From Acidobacteriaceae bacterium (GTDB lineage: Bacteria; Acidobacteriota; Terriglobia; Terriglobales; Acidobacteriaceae): a stretch of 64,000 bases of DNA. Both the position numbers and the translations under genes were made by a program. Where the stretch lies: assembly GCA_036267295.1 (NCBI GenBank), contig DATAWI010000008.1, positions 21,373 through 85,372 on the forward strand. Reading direction: 5' to 3'. The notes beneath the pieces were generated by a model that made no database searches, was not told the DNA's origin, and worked only from the letters and a program-made list of their open reading frames with translations. This document shows positions 1-7,059 of the stretch, in pieces. Within the stretch, counting starts at the first letter, position 1; each line of letters starts with the position of its first letter.

Positions 1-797
1 GCGTCCACCAGCGCCGGGCTCGAGCTTTGATACCACCCGTGGTGCGACACCACCAGCAAATCCACGCGCCCCACCTTGTTCACCGGGCACATCAACTGCA
101 TTTCCTTGTCCCACGTCAGATCGCCGAGGTCCAGGATGCGCGCCTTGCCGAACGTGATCTCCACCCCCACCGACCGCGCATTCTCCGTCTGATCCGCCGG
201 CCGCGTTTCCGACTCTTTGCAATAGGGGTTCTCGGCGCCGCCCGTTTTCAGCGGCTTGTCGATCATCTCCCCATCCGCCGTGATCACCTGCACCCGCATC
301 CCCAGCACCGGCAGAATTTCGCCCACCTGCGCCGTGATGTGCCCATACTTGCCCGTCGCCAGAACCTTCTGGTAGCCCTCATACGCCGCGGCCGTCGCTC
401 CGTCCTTCGGCTCGTGGTTCACGCCGTGATCGATAAACGTCCCCACCGGCATCTTCTCCACCAGTTGCGGCACGCCCCCGGTGTGGTCCACGTGGTAATG
501 CGTCAGCAGCACGTAGTCGATCTTCTGGACCCTCGCCTGCTTCGCCGCCTGCGCAATCCGATCCGCGTCGCGCCCCCCGTTCCCCGGCCATCCCGTGTCG
601 ATCAGCAGCGAGTGGTGATCCGGCGTCACAAACAGCGTCGACTGCCCGCCCTCCACATCGATGAAGTAGATTTGCAGCTGGCCCGCGACCGCCGGCGTCT
701 GCGCCGTCGCCGACACCGCAACCATCCCAGCGGCGCAAGCTGCCGCCATCCAGCGGCGCGCGCCGCGCCCTCGCAAGGCCCCTCCAGCTCTGCTCAT
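1..797 (-). CDS. MBL-fold metallo-hydrolase, N-terminal part (C-terminus lies left of the window)
   Basis: Edge-truncated, so absent from the ORF track. Reverse-strand reading from the ATG at 795-797 gives MSRAGGALRGRGARRWMAAACAAGMVAVSATAQTP..QIYFIDVEGGQSTLFVTPDHHSLLIDTGW..IDYVLLTHYHVDHTGGVPQL..VVSHHGW. It has the HxHxDH zinc motif, a signal-like N-terminus and C/G-rich third positions. ORFs 27..965(+) and 379..822(-) are shadow frames of it. Confidence 0.8.
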   Translation of the reverse strand, partial: MSRAGGALRGRGARRWMAAACAAGMVAVSATAQTPAVAGQLQIYFIDVEGGQSTLFVTPDHHSLLIDTGWPGNGGRDADRIAQAAKQARVQKIDYVLLTHYHVDHTGGVPQLVEKMPVGTFIDHGVNHEPKDGATAAAYEGYQKVLATGKYGHITAQVGEILPVLGMRVQVITADGEMIDKPLKTGGAENPYCKESETRPADQTENARSVGVEITFGKARILDLGDLTWDKEMQLMCPVNKVGRVDLLVVSHHGWYQSSSPALVD

Positions 798-1082
798 CCT
801 GAACACACTCCTCGCCATCCAACCGTGGTCTCTGCCTGTCACAGCGCGACTCTCCTGCAAAGGTTTCCTTTGTTAACGGGTGTTCTGAACGCGCTCAAAG
901 CCGAGAGGTACTCATCGCTCCACGCCGGCCGCGGCGCTCCGGGTTTCCCCCGTCCGCCATCATAGCCCCGCAACCCGCCACGCCGCCGAGCGGCAGCCGA
1001 CGGATTTTTTGCTGGCCGGACCTCGCCTGGCCGTTACTTACCTGACCGCTTCTCACCTGACCGGTCTTTAGCTACCCGCCTC

Positions 1083-1628
1083 TCACCCGACCAAAAATCC
1101 CAGCCCCGCCGCGATCAACCCGCCCACGCCAAACGCCATGCCCAGAAACCAGTAATTCCGCTGCCGCGTCAGCAGCGTGATCGACGTGATCACCAGCCCA
1201 ATCTCCAGCAGCGCCTCGCCCAGATCGAAGCGATCCGCGCGACGCTCGGCATTCTCCACCCGCTCCTCGAAGGTGCGCGCCGTCTTCTCGCTGTCCGCCA
1301 GATCCTGATCCCACTTCGCCAGATGGCTTTTGTAACCGTCGACGATCTTATCCGCCGCCTTCTGGTCGCGCACGGTCAGCGCGGATAGCAAATCGGCCGT
1401 CAGACCCGTGTCGTTCTGCCGAATCTTCTTCGCCTGATACAGATTCCACTGGTCGCTGGCTTTCGCCTGGAACAGCACCGCCTCGGTGTGCGTGCGATGC
1501 CCCAGCACCGTCACAATCGCCACCAGCACCGCCAGCACGCTGATCGTAAAACTCACCGGCCGCAGGCTGGGATTGCCCGCCGCGCGCTCGTGCTGCTCTT
1601 CCAGTTCCTGGGCTTCCTGAGGTTCCAT
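1083..1628 (-). CDS. DUF4337-like membrane protein
   Basis: ORF 1083..1682 trimmed to the internal ATG (MEPQEAQELEEQHERAAGN..). It has an N-proximal and a C-terminal TM segment. The ASDQWNLYQAKKIRQ motif matches DUF4337 proteins as I recall them. Confidence 0.7.
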   Translation of the reverse strand: MEPQEAQELEEQHERAAGNPSLRPVSFTISVLAVLVAIVTVLGHRTHTEAVLFQAKASDQWNLYQAKKIRQNDTGLTADLLSALTVRDQKAADKIVDGYKSHLAKWDQDLADSEKTARTFEERVENAERRADRFDLGEALLEIGLVITSITLLTRQRNYWFLGMAFGVGGLIAAGLGFLVG

Positions 1629-1697
1629 GGGTTTCTCTTCAGAACCATACATCAGGCGACTGAGGAAACGCCCGCACCGCAAACAATTCCGCCGTCC

Positions 1698-2228
1698 TCA
1701 GGCCAGCGGCTTCTCCGCCGTCGCGTCCCCCGGCCGCAGCTTTTCAATCTCCTGCTGCACCGCATTGCGAAACTCCAGCGGGTGCGCCATCCGGTGGAAC
1801 GGCTCATTGGTCCCGCCCGTCCCCACCAGTTGAATCGATCCGTAGCCCAGTATCCGTCCCATCGCCGGCTCGGCAATCTCGATCGTCTCCACCTTGTTCA
1901 GCAGCATCTCGATGGTGCGCCGGCTCGCGAGGCCCGTCTTGATCACCACCCGCCGGTTGGTCACCGCCATCTCCGTCGCGTTGCGTCGCACGGTGCCCAT
2001 CACAAACACGACCAGCGCGATCGCCACGCACGCCACCCCCGCCCCTTCCCAAAGATGCAACTGGTTCGGCGGCATCGCCTGGTGCTGATACGCGTAGTAG
2101 AAGAGATAGACGCCCCCCGCCAAAAACAAAATCGCCAGCACCAGGCGCCCCAGCATCACGATCCAGTGCAGGCGCGTTTTGTACACCACCCGCTCTCCCG
2201 GGACCAGGTTCCTCTCGATATAGCCCAT
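1698..2228 (-). CDS. bacterial PH-domain (bPH_2 / YdbT-like) membrane protein
   Basis: ORF 1698..2252 trimmed to MGYIERNLVPGERVVYKTRLHW... It has two TM helices followed by ..VTNRRVVIKTGLASRRTIEMLLNKVETIEIAEPAMGRILGYGSIQLVGTGGT.., the typical bPH_2 signature. Confidence 0.75.
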   Translation of the reverse strand: MGYIERNLVPGERVVYKTRLHWIVMLGRLVLAILFLAGGVYLFYYAYQHQAMPPNQLHLWEGAGVACVAIALVVFVMGTVRRNATEMAVTNRRVVIKTGLASRRTIEMLLNKVETIEIAEPAMGRILGYGSIQLVGTGGTNEPFHRMAHPLEFRNAVQQEIEKLRPGDATAEKPLA

Positions 2229-2325
2229 CTGCGCCTCTCCTCTCGCCCGCATTGGCTGCGCGCTTGTTCAGATGCGCATCCCGCCTCGGCGCGTCTCCAT
2301 CGTAGACCCGGCGCCTCTCACCCGC

Positions 2326-2964
2326 TCACAGCCGCGCCGGCGCCTCGCCATCCAGTTCCTTGTATACGGAAACCACCAGCGTCAGCCCCATCACCGCCAG
2401 CATCAGCAGGCTCCACGTCATTCCCCGCACATGCTGCCCACCCACTGTCGCCGGCAAGCCGCCATAAATCGCCAGTTGGATATCGTCGTACCCCCGCATC
2501 TCGATCAGCGCCGCCAGCACCCCCAGCGCTCCCGCACAGCCCACCACCATCCGCGACGCGTTCCCCAGCACCGAAATCAGCACCGACGCCAGCACGCCAT
2601 ATTCGAACAGCGCGCCGAACAGCAGCGTGTCCATCACCACCAGCCACCGGACGTCGCGCAGCCCCTGCGCCGTCAGCAGCACCGCCGTCGGCAGCGTCTT
2701 CCCCGTCAGCCCCATGAACAGCTGAAACGGCGACCACTGCGCCTGCCCCATCACCGCCGGCGCCGCCTGAAACAGCGGCACCATGAACGTCGCCAGCCCC
2801 ACCACCGTCAGCAGCAGCACCATCTGCCGGCTGCGCGGACCCAGCCGGTCCGGCACCGGCTCCTTGCCCACCTTTACCGGCTTCTGCTGCTCCAGTTCCA
2901 GCGCCGTCGGCAGCCGCCGCCGGTAATCCGGCTCTCGTGGATCCCGCTTCAGGGAATACGCCAT
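2326..2964 (-). CDS. hypothetical multi-pass membrane protein
   Basis: C-terminal 212 aa of ORF 2326..3174, starting at MAYSLKRDPREPDYRRRL.. (alternative ATG at 3009). It has about 4 hydrophobic helices and GC3-rich codons. The longer N-terminus would run through REP hairpins and is unlikely to be coding. Confidence 0.5.
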   Translation of the reverse strand: MAYSLKRDPREPDYRRRLPTALELEQQKPVKVGKEPVPDRLGPRSRQMVLLLTVVGLATFMVPLFQAAPAVMGQAQWSPFQLFMGLTGKTLPTAVLLTAQGLRDVRWLVVMDTLLFGALFEYGVLASVLISVLGNASRMVVGCAGALGVLAALIEMRGYDDIQLAIYGGLPATVGGQHVRGMTWSLLMLAVMGLTLVVSVYKELDGEAPARL

Positions 2965-3031
2965 CGTGGAAAACTCCAGGGAAAATGTCTTTTGGGGGGA
3001 TGCAGCCATCTTACCGCGAGCCGCGCATGAT

Positions 3032-3105
3032 TCCGGCTGCCCATCCACCCCGCGGTTGGCAGGGTGGTCCGGCTGCCCATCCAACCCGCAGTTGGCAGGG
3101 TGGGC
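3032..3105 (+). repeat. REP-like hairpin family A, two tandem ~36-nt copies
   Basis: TCCGGCTGCCCATCCACCCCGCGGTTGGCAGGGTGG followed directly by TCCGGCTGCCCATCCAACCCGCAGTTGGCAGGGTGGGCGG. The CCCATCC arm pairs with GGGTGGG. The copies sit in the divergent region between the membrane-protein gene and moaDE. Confidence 0.85.
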
Positions 3106-3146
3106 GGTAGCCGAGGGGTCCCCCCGCTCCCTTCGTCCCACCCCAA

Positions 3147-3182
3147 ACGTCCAACCCTCGAGTAGTACGTCCAACCCTCGAG
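3147..3182 (+). promoter_or_regulatory. two perfect 16-nt direct repeats (ACGTCCAACCCTCGAG) with 20-nt period upstream of moaDE
   Basis: Copies at 3147-3162 and 3167-3182. A GATAAT -10-like hexamer at 3192-3197 sits only about 10 nt before the ATG, and no SD is visible. Confidence 0.4.
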
Positions 3183-3206
3183 AAGTTCGCAGATAATAAA
3201 TCCTTC

Positions 3207-3947
3207 ATGCGCATCACCCTCCTCGCCTTCGGCATCCTCCACGATCACTTCCCCTCTGCCGGACCCGTCGGCCTCCCCCTCGATCTCCCCGACGGCGCCA
3301 CCGTCGCCTCCCTCCTCGACCATTGCCGCGCCCTCGCTCCCAACGGCGGACTCCTCTGGTCCTCCCTCGCCGTCGCCGTCAATCGCGAATACGCGCATGC
3401 CGCCCAGCCCCTCGCCGATGGCGATGAAGTTGCGCTCCTCCCGCCCGTCAGCGGCGGCGCCGGCGACGAAGATAGTACCCCCGCCCCGGACGTCCGCCTC
3501 GTCCACGAACGCATCCTCGCCCGCGACATCGTGCCTCCGCTCGAACTCCCCGCGGACGGCGCGGTGGTGATCTTCGACGGCATCGTCCGCAACCACTCCC
3601 GCGGCCGCACCACCCGCTATCTCGAATACGAAGCCTACGAGCCCATGGCCCTCGCCCAGATGCAGGACCTCGCCCGCCAGGCCCTCACGCGCTTCCCCAT
3701 CCGCAACGTCGCGCTCGTGCACCGCCTCGGCCGCCTCGCAATCGGCGAATCCAGCGTCCTCATCGCCGTCTTCTCCGCGCACCGCGCCGCCGCCTTCGAC
3801 GCCTGCCGCTTCCTCATCGATACCCTCAAGCAAATCGTCCCCATCTGGAAAAAAGAAATCTTCACCGACGGCGCCATCTGGGCCCAGGGCGAACCTTTCC
3901 CCGCCGAGCTGACGCCCACCGCCCTCACGCCGGAGCTCGAAAAATGA
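3207..3947 (+). CDS. fused molybdopterin synthase MoaD-MoaE
   Basis: The N-terminal ~84 aa are ThiS/MoaD-like and end in ..ADGDEVALLPPVSGG. A linker AGDEDSTPAPD follows. The rest is MoaE (..VIFDGIVRNHSRGR..LEYEAYEPMA..VHRLGRLAIGESSVLIAVFSAHRAAAFDACRFLIDTLKQIVPIWKKE..). Confidence 0.85.
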   Translation: MRITLLAFGILHDHFPSAGPVGLPLDLPDGATVASLLDHCRALAPNGGLLWSSLAVAVNREYAHAAQPLADGDEVALLPPVSGGAGDEDSTPAPDVRLVHERILARDIVPPLELPADGAVVIFDGIVRNHSRGRTTRYLEYEAYEPMALAQMQDLARQALTRFPIRNVALVHRLGRLAIGESSVLIAVFSAHRAAAFDACRFLIDTLKQIVPIWKKEIFTDGAIWAQGEPFPAELTPTALTPELEK

Positions 3948-4972
3948 AGCTCCGTGCTGCCAGCTACCCGCGAACCACTGCCCACTTCCGCCTGCGCTCC
4001 GCGCTCTGCGCTCTGCGCTCTGTGCTCGGCGCTCGGTGCTCTGCGCCCTGCGCTCTGATCCTCGTCCTCTGTGCTCTGGGCTCAGCCTTTGCATCCGCCC
4101 AGCAACCCGCCGCGCCCAACACCTACCACGTCAACGTCCGCCTGGTGAACGTCTTCGTCAACGTCACCGACGCGACCGGCGCGCCCGTCGGCGGACTCAC
4201 CCAGAGCAATTTCTCCCTCGCCGAAGACGGCGTTCCGCAAAAAATCTCCTACTTCGAACGCCAGACCGACATGCCGCTCTCGCTCGTCCTCGCCATTGAC
4301 ACCAGCGGCTCCGTGCGCAAAGACCTCGACGTCGAGAAGCGCGCCGCCCACGACTTCATGCGCGCGCTGCTCCGCCCCGTCGATCGCCTCGACCTCATCG
4401 ACTTCAATTCCGACGTGCGCGAGGTCGTCCCCTTCACCGCCGATATCCACCGCCTCGACGAGGGCCTCAGCGATCTCGACATGGGCCCCGCCACAGCCCT
4501 CTACGACGCCGTCTACCTCGCCTCGCAGCTCCTCGCCCCGCGCCGCGGCCGAAAAGTTCTGGTCGTCATCTCCGACGGCGGCAACACCGTCAAAGGCACC
4601 GAGTACACCGAGGCATTGGAGCAGGCCATCCGCAGCGAGGTCATGGTCTACTCCCTCATCGACCTGCCCATCCTCAACGATGCGGGACGCGACACCGGCG
4701 GCGAGCACGCGCTCATCACGCTCTCCCAGGGAACCGGCGGCAAGTCCTATTACGCGCAGTACGGCGATCTCCAGCGCGCCTTCGAACAGGTCTCCGACGA
4801 TCTGCGCACCCAATACCTCATCGGCTACTACCCGGTGCAGCGCCGCTCCCAGTCGGACTTCCGCCGCATCCAGCTTTCGCTCACGCCCTCCGCCGGCCCC
4901 CACGCCGCCACCGACACCCTCCGCTACCGCCCCGGCTACTACGCTCCCCCCTCCCCCCCGCTCGACCAGTAA
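3944..4972 (+). CDS. secreted VWA-domain protein (acidobacterial VWFA-type)
   Basis: The ATG overlaps the moaDE stop (ATGA). Signal peptide ..CALILVLCALGSAFASA, MIDAS-like AIDTSGS, ..VLVVISDGGNT.. and a C-terminal ..TQYLIGYYP.. are present. An alternative GTG start lies at 4022. Confidence 0.85.
   Translation: MKLRAASYPRTTAHFRLRSALCALRSVLGARCSAPCALILVLCALGSAFASAQQPAAPNTYHVNVRLVNVFVNVTDATGAPVGGLTQSNFSLAEDGVPQKISYFERQTDMPLSLVLAIDTSGSVRKDLDVEKRAAHDFMRALLRPVDRLDLIDFNSDVREVVPFTADIHRLDEGLSDLDMGPATALYDAVYLASQLLAPRRGRKVLVVISDGGNTVKGTEYTEALEQAIRSEVMVYSLIDLPILNDAGRDTGGEHALITLSQGTGGKSYYAQYGDLQRAFEQVSDDLRTQYLIGYYPVQRRSQSDFRRIQLSLTPSAGPHAATDTLRYRPGYYAPPSPPLDQ
3992..4082 (+). repeat. imperfect heptanucleotide tandem array (CTGCGCT)x13 inside the 5' end of the VWA gene
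   Basis: Units: ctgcgct ccgcgct ctgcgct ctgcgct ctgtgct cggcgct cggtgct ctgcgcc ctgcgct ctgatcc tcgtcct ctgtgct ctgggct. The array encodes the RSALCALRSVLGARCSAPCAL.. part of the signal-peptide region. Confidence 0.9.
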
Positions 4973-4984
4973 AACCAGCGCATA

Positions 4985-5020
4985 GGGACAGGGTGTAGGG
5001 GATAGGGGATAGGGGATAGG
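4985..5020 (+). repeat. G-rich heptamer array (GGGNNNN-type; G-quadruplex-capable), G-rich on + strand
   Basis: GGGACAGGGTGTAGGGGATAGGGGATAGGGGATAGG begins 13 nt after the stop of the + strand VWA gene. There are 5 G3-4 tracts with 3-4 nt loops. Confidence 0.85.
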
Positions 5021-5027
5021 AGATCCC

Positions 5028-5051
5028 GTGGCCCATCCAACCCGCAGTTGG
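5028..5051 (+). repeat. REP-like hairpin family A, truncated copy
   Basis: GTGGCCCATCCAACCCGCAGTTGG matches the left arm and loop of the family. The right arm is replaced. Confidence 0.7.
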
Positions 5052-5115
5052 TTGAATGCACCGCGCGGAAGGCACGCGTCTCGGGCCGCCGCACTCGGCA
5101 AAAAAGAGATGAAGC

Positions 5116-5193
5116 GTCATCCTGAGCGAAGCGCCGCGCAACCCTCGCGGACCCAGCAGAAATCAGGCGCGCAGTCGACGGACCTGCATTTCC
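5116..5193 (+). repeat. intergenic repeat family D (GTCATCCTGAGCGRA ... CCTGCATTTCC)
   Basis: GTCATCCTGAGCGAAG at 5116-5131 and CCTGCATTTCC at 5183-5193. The same two end motifs recur at 18914-18927 and 18967-18977. Confidence 0.7.
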
Positions 5194-5264
5194 GCGGGCA
5201 CGCCCGGTCATCGCGAATGCTGAGCCCCCGCCCACCAGGTCGCCGCACCCGATAACCTATCCTC

Positions 5265-5807
5265 ATGCTCGACCCCACCCTCGCCCTCCCCACCCTCGCC
5301 CTCCTCACCCGCACTCCCGCCACCCTCGACGCCCTCCTCCGCACTCTCCCCGATGCCAGGACGCGCGCCAACGAAGGCCCCAACACCTGGAATGCCTGCG
5401 ACGTCCTCGGCCACCTCATCTTCGGCGAGCGCACCGACTGGATGCCCCGCATCCACATCATCCTCGACCACGGCGAATCCCGCCCCTTCGACCCCTTCGA
5501 CCGCTGGGGCCACGTCCGCGAGATCGAAGGCAAATCCCTCCCCCACCTCCTCGATGAATTCGCCGCCATCCGCGCTCAGAAGCTCGACGAACTGCGCGCC
5601 CTCCACCTCACTCCCGCCGATCTCGAGAAGCGCGGCCGCCACCCCTCGCTCGGCGTCGTGACGCTCTCGCAATTGCTCGCCGCGTGGACCGTCCACGACC
5701 TCACGCATCTCCACCAGATCGCCCGCATCCTCGCCCACCAGGACCGCGCCGCCGTCGGCCCGTGGGCGCAATACCTCGGCGTCCTGCAGTGCAACGGGCA
5801 CGGCTAG
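5265..5807 (+). CDS. DinB-family (DinB_2-like) metal-dependent protein
   Basis: 180-aa helical protein with conserved His positions (..WNACDVLGHLIFGE.., ..LLAAWTVHDLTHLHQIARIL..) typical of the DinB superfamily. Confidence 0.75.
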   Translation: MLDPTLALPTLALLTRTPATLDALLRTLPDARTRANEGPNTWNACDVLGHLIFGERTDWMPRIHIILDHGESRPFDPFDRWGHVREIEGKSLPHLLDEFAAIRAQKLDELRALHLTPADLEKRGRHPSLGVVTLSQLLAAWTVHDLTHLHQIARILAHQDRAAVGPWAQYLGVLQCNGHG

Positions 5808-5809
5808 GC

Positions 5810-6988
5810 GTGGACTACGACGTCATCATCCTCGGCGCAGGCGCTGCCGGACTCATGGCCGCCATCGAAGCCGGCCGTCGCGGCCGCCGCGTGCTGCTGC
5901 TCGAACGCGCCGAGCGCCCCGGCAAAAAAATCCTCATCTCCGGCGGAGGCCGCTGCAACTTCACCAACCTCCACGCCCGCCCCGAAAATTTCCTCTCCGC
6001 CAATCCCCACTTCGCCAAATCCGCGCTCGCCCGCTACACCCCCGCCGACATCATCGCCCTCGTCGAAAAACATCGCATTGCCTGGCACGAGAAGACCCTC
6101 GGCCAGCTTTTCTGCGACGGCTCCGCGGACCAGATCGTCGCCATGCTCCTCGCCGAATGCGCCGAAGCCAACGTCCGCCTCATCCTCGGCGCCGATGTGC
6201 GCAGCGTTTCCCGCGAATCCGGCGATACCACCGCCGGCAATTTCCTCGCCACCACGCAAAGCGCCGTCCACCGCGCCCCCGCCCTCATCATCGCCACCGG
6301 CGGCTTATCCATTCCAAAAATGGGCGCCACCGGACTCGGCTACGCGCTCGCCCGCCAGTTCGGCATCCCCATCCGCCCCACGCGCCCCGCGCTCGTCCCG
6401 CTCGTCCTCGGCGGCGCAGAGCGCACGCGTTTCGCCGCCCTCACCGGCGTCTCCGCGCCCGTCCGCGTCACCGCCGGCAAACGCAGCTTCACCGAAAAGC
6501 TTCTCTTCACCCATCGCGGCCTCAGCGGCCCCGCCATCCTGCAAATCTCTTCCTATTGGACTCCGCCCGAGCCGCTCCTCGTGGACTGGGCTCCCGGCCG
6601 ATCTCTGCTCGCTCCGCTCCTCGCCCCCAACGCGCGCCGCGATCTCGCCGCCGCCCACGCCGCCCTGCGCGCCGCACTCCCCGCGCGCCTCGCCGACTGC
6701 CTCCTCGACGCGGCCTCGCCACTCCGCTTCACCAATCAGGCCCTCGACGACCTCGAGCGTCGCCTCCACGCCTGGCCCTTCACCCCCATCGGCGACGAGG
6801 GCTACGACAAAGCGGAAGTCACCGCCGGCGGCATCGACACTGACGCCCTCTCCGCGCAAACCATGGAGTGTCGCAGCGTCCCCGGTCTCTATTTCATTGG
6901 CGAAGCCGTCGACGTCACCGGCCATCTCGGCGGATTCAACTTCCAGTGGGCCTGGGCCTCCGCCGCCGCCGCCGGCCGCGCCGTCTGA
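5810..6988 (+). CDS. HI0933/YhiN (BaiN-like) NAD(P)/FAD-dependent oxidoreductase
   Basis: In-frame GTG at 5810, 3 nt after the dinB-like stop. It has the Rossmann motif DVIILGAGAAGLMAAIEAG, ..ILISGGGRCNFTN.. and a C-terminal ..GLYFIGEAVDVTGHLGGFNFQWAW... The track ORF 5684.. is over-extended into the upstream gene. Confidence 0.85.
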   Translation: MDYDVIILGAGAAGLMAAIEAGRRGRRVLLLERAERPGKKILISGGGRCNFTNLHARPENFLSANPHFAKSALARYTPADIIALVEKHRIAWHEKTLGQLFCDGSADQIVAMLLAECAEANVRLILGADVRSVSRESGDTTAGNFLATTQSAVHRAPALIIATGGLSIPKMGATGLGYALARQFGIPIRPTRPALVPLVLGGAERTRFAALTGVSAPVRVTAGKRSFTEKLLFTHRGLSGPAILQISSYWTPPEPLLVDWAPGRSLLAPLLAPNARRDLAAAHAALRAALPARLADCLLDAASPLRFTNQALDDLERRLHAWPFTPIGDEGYDKAEVTAGGIDTDALSAQTMECRSVPGLYFIGEAVDVTGHLGGFNFQWAWASAAAAGRAV

Positions 6989-6996
6989 GCACCGAG

Positions 6997-7056
6997 CCCT
7001 GTCCCCTACACCCTATCCCCTATCCCCTGTCCCCTATCCCCTATCCCCTGCACCCC
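6997..7056 (-). repeat. (CCCTNNN)n heptamer array, G-rich on - strand (G-quadruplex-capable)
   Basis: ccctgtc ccctaca ccctatc ccctatc ccctgtc ccctatc ccctatc ccctgca cccc. It fills almost the whole 71-nt gap between convergent genes and ends 4 nt from the stop of the - strand GH78-like gene. Confidence 0.9.
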
Positions 7057-7059
7057 GCT

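Noticed and set aside
27-965. 312-aa + strand ORF, with the overlapping 147-aa - strand ORF 379..822
   Set aside because: The composition is Arg/His/Pro-rich and low in complexity, with no recognisable motifs. The region is fully explained by the edge-truncated MBL-fold hydrolase gene in another minus-strand frame. These are typical shadow ORFs of GC-rich DNA.
1033-1095. Four roughly 15-16-nt tandem units (T[CT]TCACC[TC]GACCG-like) spanning the stop of the DUF4337-like gene. Two ~27-nt direct repeats at 11751-11828 (TAGTTA..TGAGTGG.TAAG) are a similar case.
   Set aside because: The repeats are real but degenerate and unique to these sites in this window. No structure or positional logic emerged.
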